Assembly (NCBI RefSeq): GCF_009834535.1 | Contig: NC_045697.1 | Location: forward strand, 870,001-934,000 | Direction of reading: 5' to 3' | Origin: Camelus ferus | Lineage: Eukaryota | DNA length: 64,000 nt | Part shown: piece after piece, positions 48,077 through 64,000 of the stretch | Layout of the letters: each line of letters begins with the position of its first letter | Position numbering within the stretch: the stretch's first letter is position 1 | The notes under the pieces: generated by a model | Told to the model about the DNA's origin: nothing | Seen by the model: only the letters and a program-made list of their open reading frames with translations | Database searches by the model: none | Program-made: the position numbers and the translations under genes

Positions 48077-48503
48077 TGTATGGGGGCAGCATGGGGGTCT
48101 CCAAAGATAGGTCCAAGTCTTGTCTGGGGATAGCAACCTGGAGATGTGACCTTACTGGGGCAAAGAGGCTTTGCAGGTGTCCTTCAGTTGAACTCTTGAG
48201 GTAGGGAGACCATCTTGGGTTGACCCTACATCCAGTGACGAGTGTCCCAGGAAGAGACAGAAAGAAGGCCACAGGACTGTGGAGGCAGAAACTGGGGCGA
48301 TGCAGGCACTAGCTGGGGGGGTCCCGGACGCACCAGAAGCAGGAAGAGGCCAGAAGAAGCCCCCTCTAGAGCCTGGCAGGGGGAGAGGGGTGGGGAGGCA
48401 TGGCCCTGACGATGCCTTGGCTTCAGGCCTCTGGGGAGGGGAGAGACCACGTTTCTGCAGGCCAGTTTGTGGAAATGTGCGACAGCAGCCCTGGGAAGGC
48501 ACA
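48077..48503 (+). mobile_element. MaLR solo LTR, MLT1C-like
   Basis: Collinear MLT1C-type motifs: atgtgaccttact, ctttgcaggtgt, ccctacatccagtgacgagtgtcc, ggaggcagaaactggggcgatgcag, caccagaagcaggaagaggc, ccagtttgtggaaatgtgcgacagcagccctgggaa. Confidence 0.8.
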
Positions 48504-50430
48504 GAGTGCGCAAAGTGCCCAGGGGGCAGCCCAGGCCTGTTGCTGGGGGAAGGGGGGCTCGGCGCCCACCCTGTGGGGGGGGGGGAGCAGGGCGCCTGCC
48601 CTCCAGCCAGACCCACACAGAAGCTGCGATGCCAGGTGGGGGTGGGACTCGTGGGGATGGATGAGAGAAGAGACAGGGGTAGGAACGACACAGACAAAAT
48701 CCGGCAGCAGCCCGTGACCCCACCATGGGCACTTCTGCCCAGGAGATAGTCCCAATGGGACACAAAGCAAACCCGCACGAAGACTGATGGAGGAAGCAGA
48801 ACACCCTTCTCAGGGGTCCAGGGAGGGGCTGTGGGCACTGTCCCGGGAGAGGACCAGAGGGACATGCAGAGCCCTTCCTGGGCCTCAAAAGTGTCCTGGG
48901 AGAGGCCATCCTTCAGGTGCCAGAAGCCAGTCTCTCCTCCCTGCCCACCCCAGGATGATTCCTGCCCTGCCTGCCAGCTCCTTCCACAAAGGAATCTGGA
49001 GGTCAGAGCCCATCCAGTCCCTGACCCCCCCCCCAGCTGCCCTGAGGAAGGGGGCCAAGGGGGCCAGCAGCCCACACCCATCGTGGCCTATCAAGTCACT
49101 GATTAGTTAACTGTTAAGAAACTTCTTAAGAGCAGTGAGCCGTTGTGGCCCTGGGATGGTACCCCTTGAGAGGACCTACTGGGGGTGGCCTGAGGCTGTG
49201 CACTGGGGGGGGATGTGGTCAGCCCTCTTAGGGTTCAGTGGACCCCTGGTCAGTCTGGGGGACCTCGGCTTGGCCAGAGTAGGCAACGAGGGCAGCATAC
49301 AGCAGAGGTGCTGACCCATCAAGTGCACACAGAGGAGTGGGCACTGCCAAGGTCCTGAGGTCTAGCCTCAGAGGCTGGGGTGTCTCCAGGCTGCACCTGA
49401 AGCTTGGGGAGGGAATAAGCAGCGGGTCAGGGAGGGGCTTTCATTGTCGACTTCACTGATGAGTAAACTGAGTCCCAGAAGCCTCAAGCCAGGTGGGCCA
49501 GAGGCACTTGGCTGGGCCAGCCCAGAGCCAGGGTCAGCTTCTCCCCTGTCCAGCTCCTGCAGGCCGCCAGCCCCCCCGGGCTTGCCTGAAAGTGAGAGAG
49601 GCGCTGTCCTCCATGTGAAGGTGGACACAGAAACCACAGTCACATTGGGTCTCCCCACCCTGCGGTGGCCCAGGACCCGGCACCCTCTGGCCAGCTCCCC
49701 ATGGGCCTTCCTTAGAGCCCTAGGGCTGGCACCCCCTACCAGGACCCCCTAGCCCCTTCTCTCCATTCCCATGTCTGGCAAGCACCCAATCTCCAAACTT
49801 ATTTCGTCCTAGGGCAGTGGGGGTAAGTGAGCCCCTCTGGCAGGGAACACAGGTCGCTTAGCTACACGTGTGCCACAGGCGCTTAATAAATGCAGCGGTG
49901 AGCCCATAGATTCTGCGGTGCAGTCCTCTTGTTTTCAACCCCAGGCGAGCCGGCCGGGCTGTCCTTCGCCCTCAGGCTTTTTGTGCTGCTCACACCTCAG
50001 AGCTCAGCCTGCGCAGCTCCTTCTCGGCGAAGCCCCTGTGACAGGCTTCGCTCACTGAGACCGCCCCTCTGTATGCCCCCGCCTTCCCCGGCCTGAGCCC
50101 CCGGTTGGCAGCCGGGTGGTAACAGGGACCGTGCGCTGTGTAAATAGAGACTAACGCTCGGCCCCTCTGTGCGCCCGCCCCACGCGGAGCCGCCCTCCGC
50201 GCCAGGTCCAGGGGTGCGATCCCACGCCCTCCGAGACCGCCGGGCACCCCCGCCCCCTCTAATCCCCTCCGGGGGCAGGGGCCGGGCGGGCCGCCGCCCC
50301 GCCTCCGGACCGCCCCAGGGGAGGGGCGTGTCCCCGCGCCCGAGCAAGCCGAGGCGGGCGTGGCCGGGGCGGGGCGGGCGCAGGCCGGCCCCCACTGGCT
50401 GCGGCGGGCTGGGCCGCCGGGGCTCAGTGC

Positions 50431-50520
<90 letters not shown>
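50431..50520 (+). repeat. Uninterrupted (GCG)30 trinucleotide repeat at the FGFR3 transcription start region
   Basis: 90 nt of perfect GCG units counted directly, flanked by ggctcagtgc and cgggcagctg. Confidence 0.97.
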
Positions 50521-50521
<1 letters not shown>

Positions 50522-50672
50522 GGGCAGCTGGTGCCGAGCGGTCGTGCTCGGCCAGGCGCACGGACGCACCGCAGAGCCGACGGCTGGAGGGACCGGGCGC
50601 AGGCTCTGGACTGGCGGGCAGCGAGCGCGAGCAAGAGCTGCGCTCAGTGAGTCTGGCGCAGGCGGCCGCCAG
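50521..50672 (+). other. FGFR3: FGFR3 non-coding exon 1 (5' boundary uncertain; may include the repeat)
   Basis: cgggcagctgg...gcacggacgcaccg resembles the human FGFR3 5' UTR as recalled; donor ccag|gtcggt at 50672/50673. Confidence 0.65.
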
Positions 50673-50810
50673 GTCGGTGCGACGGGACCCGGCGGGCGCG
50701 AGGGTTCGAGGCAGGCGCGCGGCGGGTCCAGAGCGCGCGGCGAGCTCGGGTCCCGAGCGGTCTCTGCGGCAGGGCCGGCCGGGGCGCGTGCTTCCCGCTC
50801 TGGAAAGTTT

Positions 50811-50831
50811 GCCGCCGCCGCCGCCGCCGCC
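50811..50831 (+). repeat. (GCC)7 in FGFR3 intron 1
   Basis: Counted directly. Confidence 0.9.
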
Positions 50832-50924
50832 CTGGGAGGGCTCTGCAGCAGCCAGGGAGAGAAGGGGGAGGGAGGGACCGCGGCGGGGAGGCGGTGGCCG
50901 GCGCCAGGCGGCCCGGGAGCCCTG

Positions 50925-50957
<33 letters not shown>
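50925..50957 (+). repeat. (GGC)11 in FGFR3 intron 1
   Basis: Counted directly. Confidence 0.9.
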
Positions 50958-50959
<2 letters not shown>

Positions 50960-51114
50960 GCGGGCCGGCCGGGGATCCGAGGAGCCGGGGCGCAGGAGCC
51001 GGGCCACTGTCGTCTCCGCTCCTGCACTCCCCGGCCCACTGGAGTAACAAGTTGCCCGCCTCCTCCAGCAGACTCTCTAGCGGCGCCTCCTCCCGCCGGT
51101 GCCAGAGCCGGGCC

Positions 51115-51147
51115 ATGGGGGACAGCATGCCGGCGCGCGCCGCCTGA
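51115..51147 (+). promoter_or_regulatory. Upstream ORF MGDSMPARAA* in the FGFR3 5' UTR (exon 2)
   Basis: gccATGg at 51115, a second in-frame ATG at 51127, TGA at 51145-51147; ends 25 nt before the main ATG. Confidence 0.8.
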
Positions 51148-51172
51148 AGACGCCGTAACACCCGCCCCCGTG

Positions 51173-64000
<12,828 letters not shown>

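Noticed and set aside
4400..50000. Hundreds of 60-310 aa ORFs in the intergenic region
   Set aside because: They overlap in all six frames, many start at GTG/TTG, and none shows an exon chain or recognisable protein.

Overview
Mammalian, GC-rich genomic DNA containing the 3' ten exons of TACC3 (614-4249, + strand; polyA signal 4372-4377), about 46 kb of intergenic DNA, and the first 16 exons of FGFR3 (non-coding exon 1 ending at 50672, ATG at 51173, both mutually exclusive IIIb and IIIc exons; the window ends just after exon 16, inside the kinase domain). Exon numbers follow the human genes from memory. Every coding junction shows GT/AG and keeps the frame. The intergenic DNA holds ancient repeats (MLT1 LTRs, L2, MIR), several orphan CpG-rich or AT-rich candidate enhancers, and one tRNA-Ala-derived SINE resembling camelid Vic-1, which suggests a camel, alpaca or llama source. 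The most unusual features are at the FGFR3 5' end: a pure (GCG)30 tract at the transcription start region, and a strong-Kozak upstream AUG that extends the short uORF. Around exon 10 there is a non-canonical GA donor and a candidate intronic polyA site. No prokaryotic-type system, CRISPR array or new protein-coding gene is supported. Most ORF-track entries are artefacts of high GC content. Comparisons to human sequence and repeat consensuses are from memory and were not computed.
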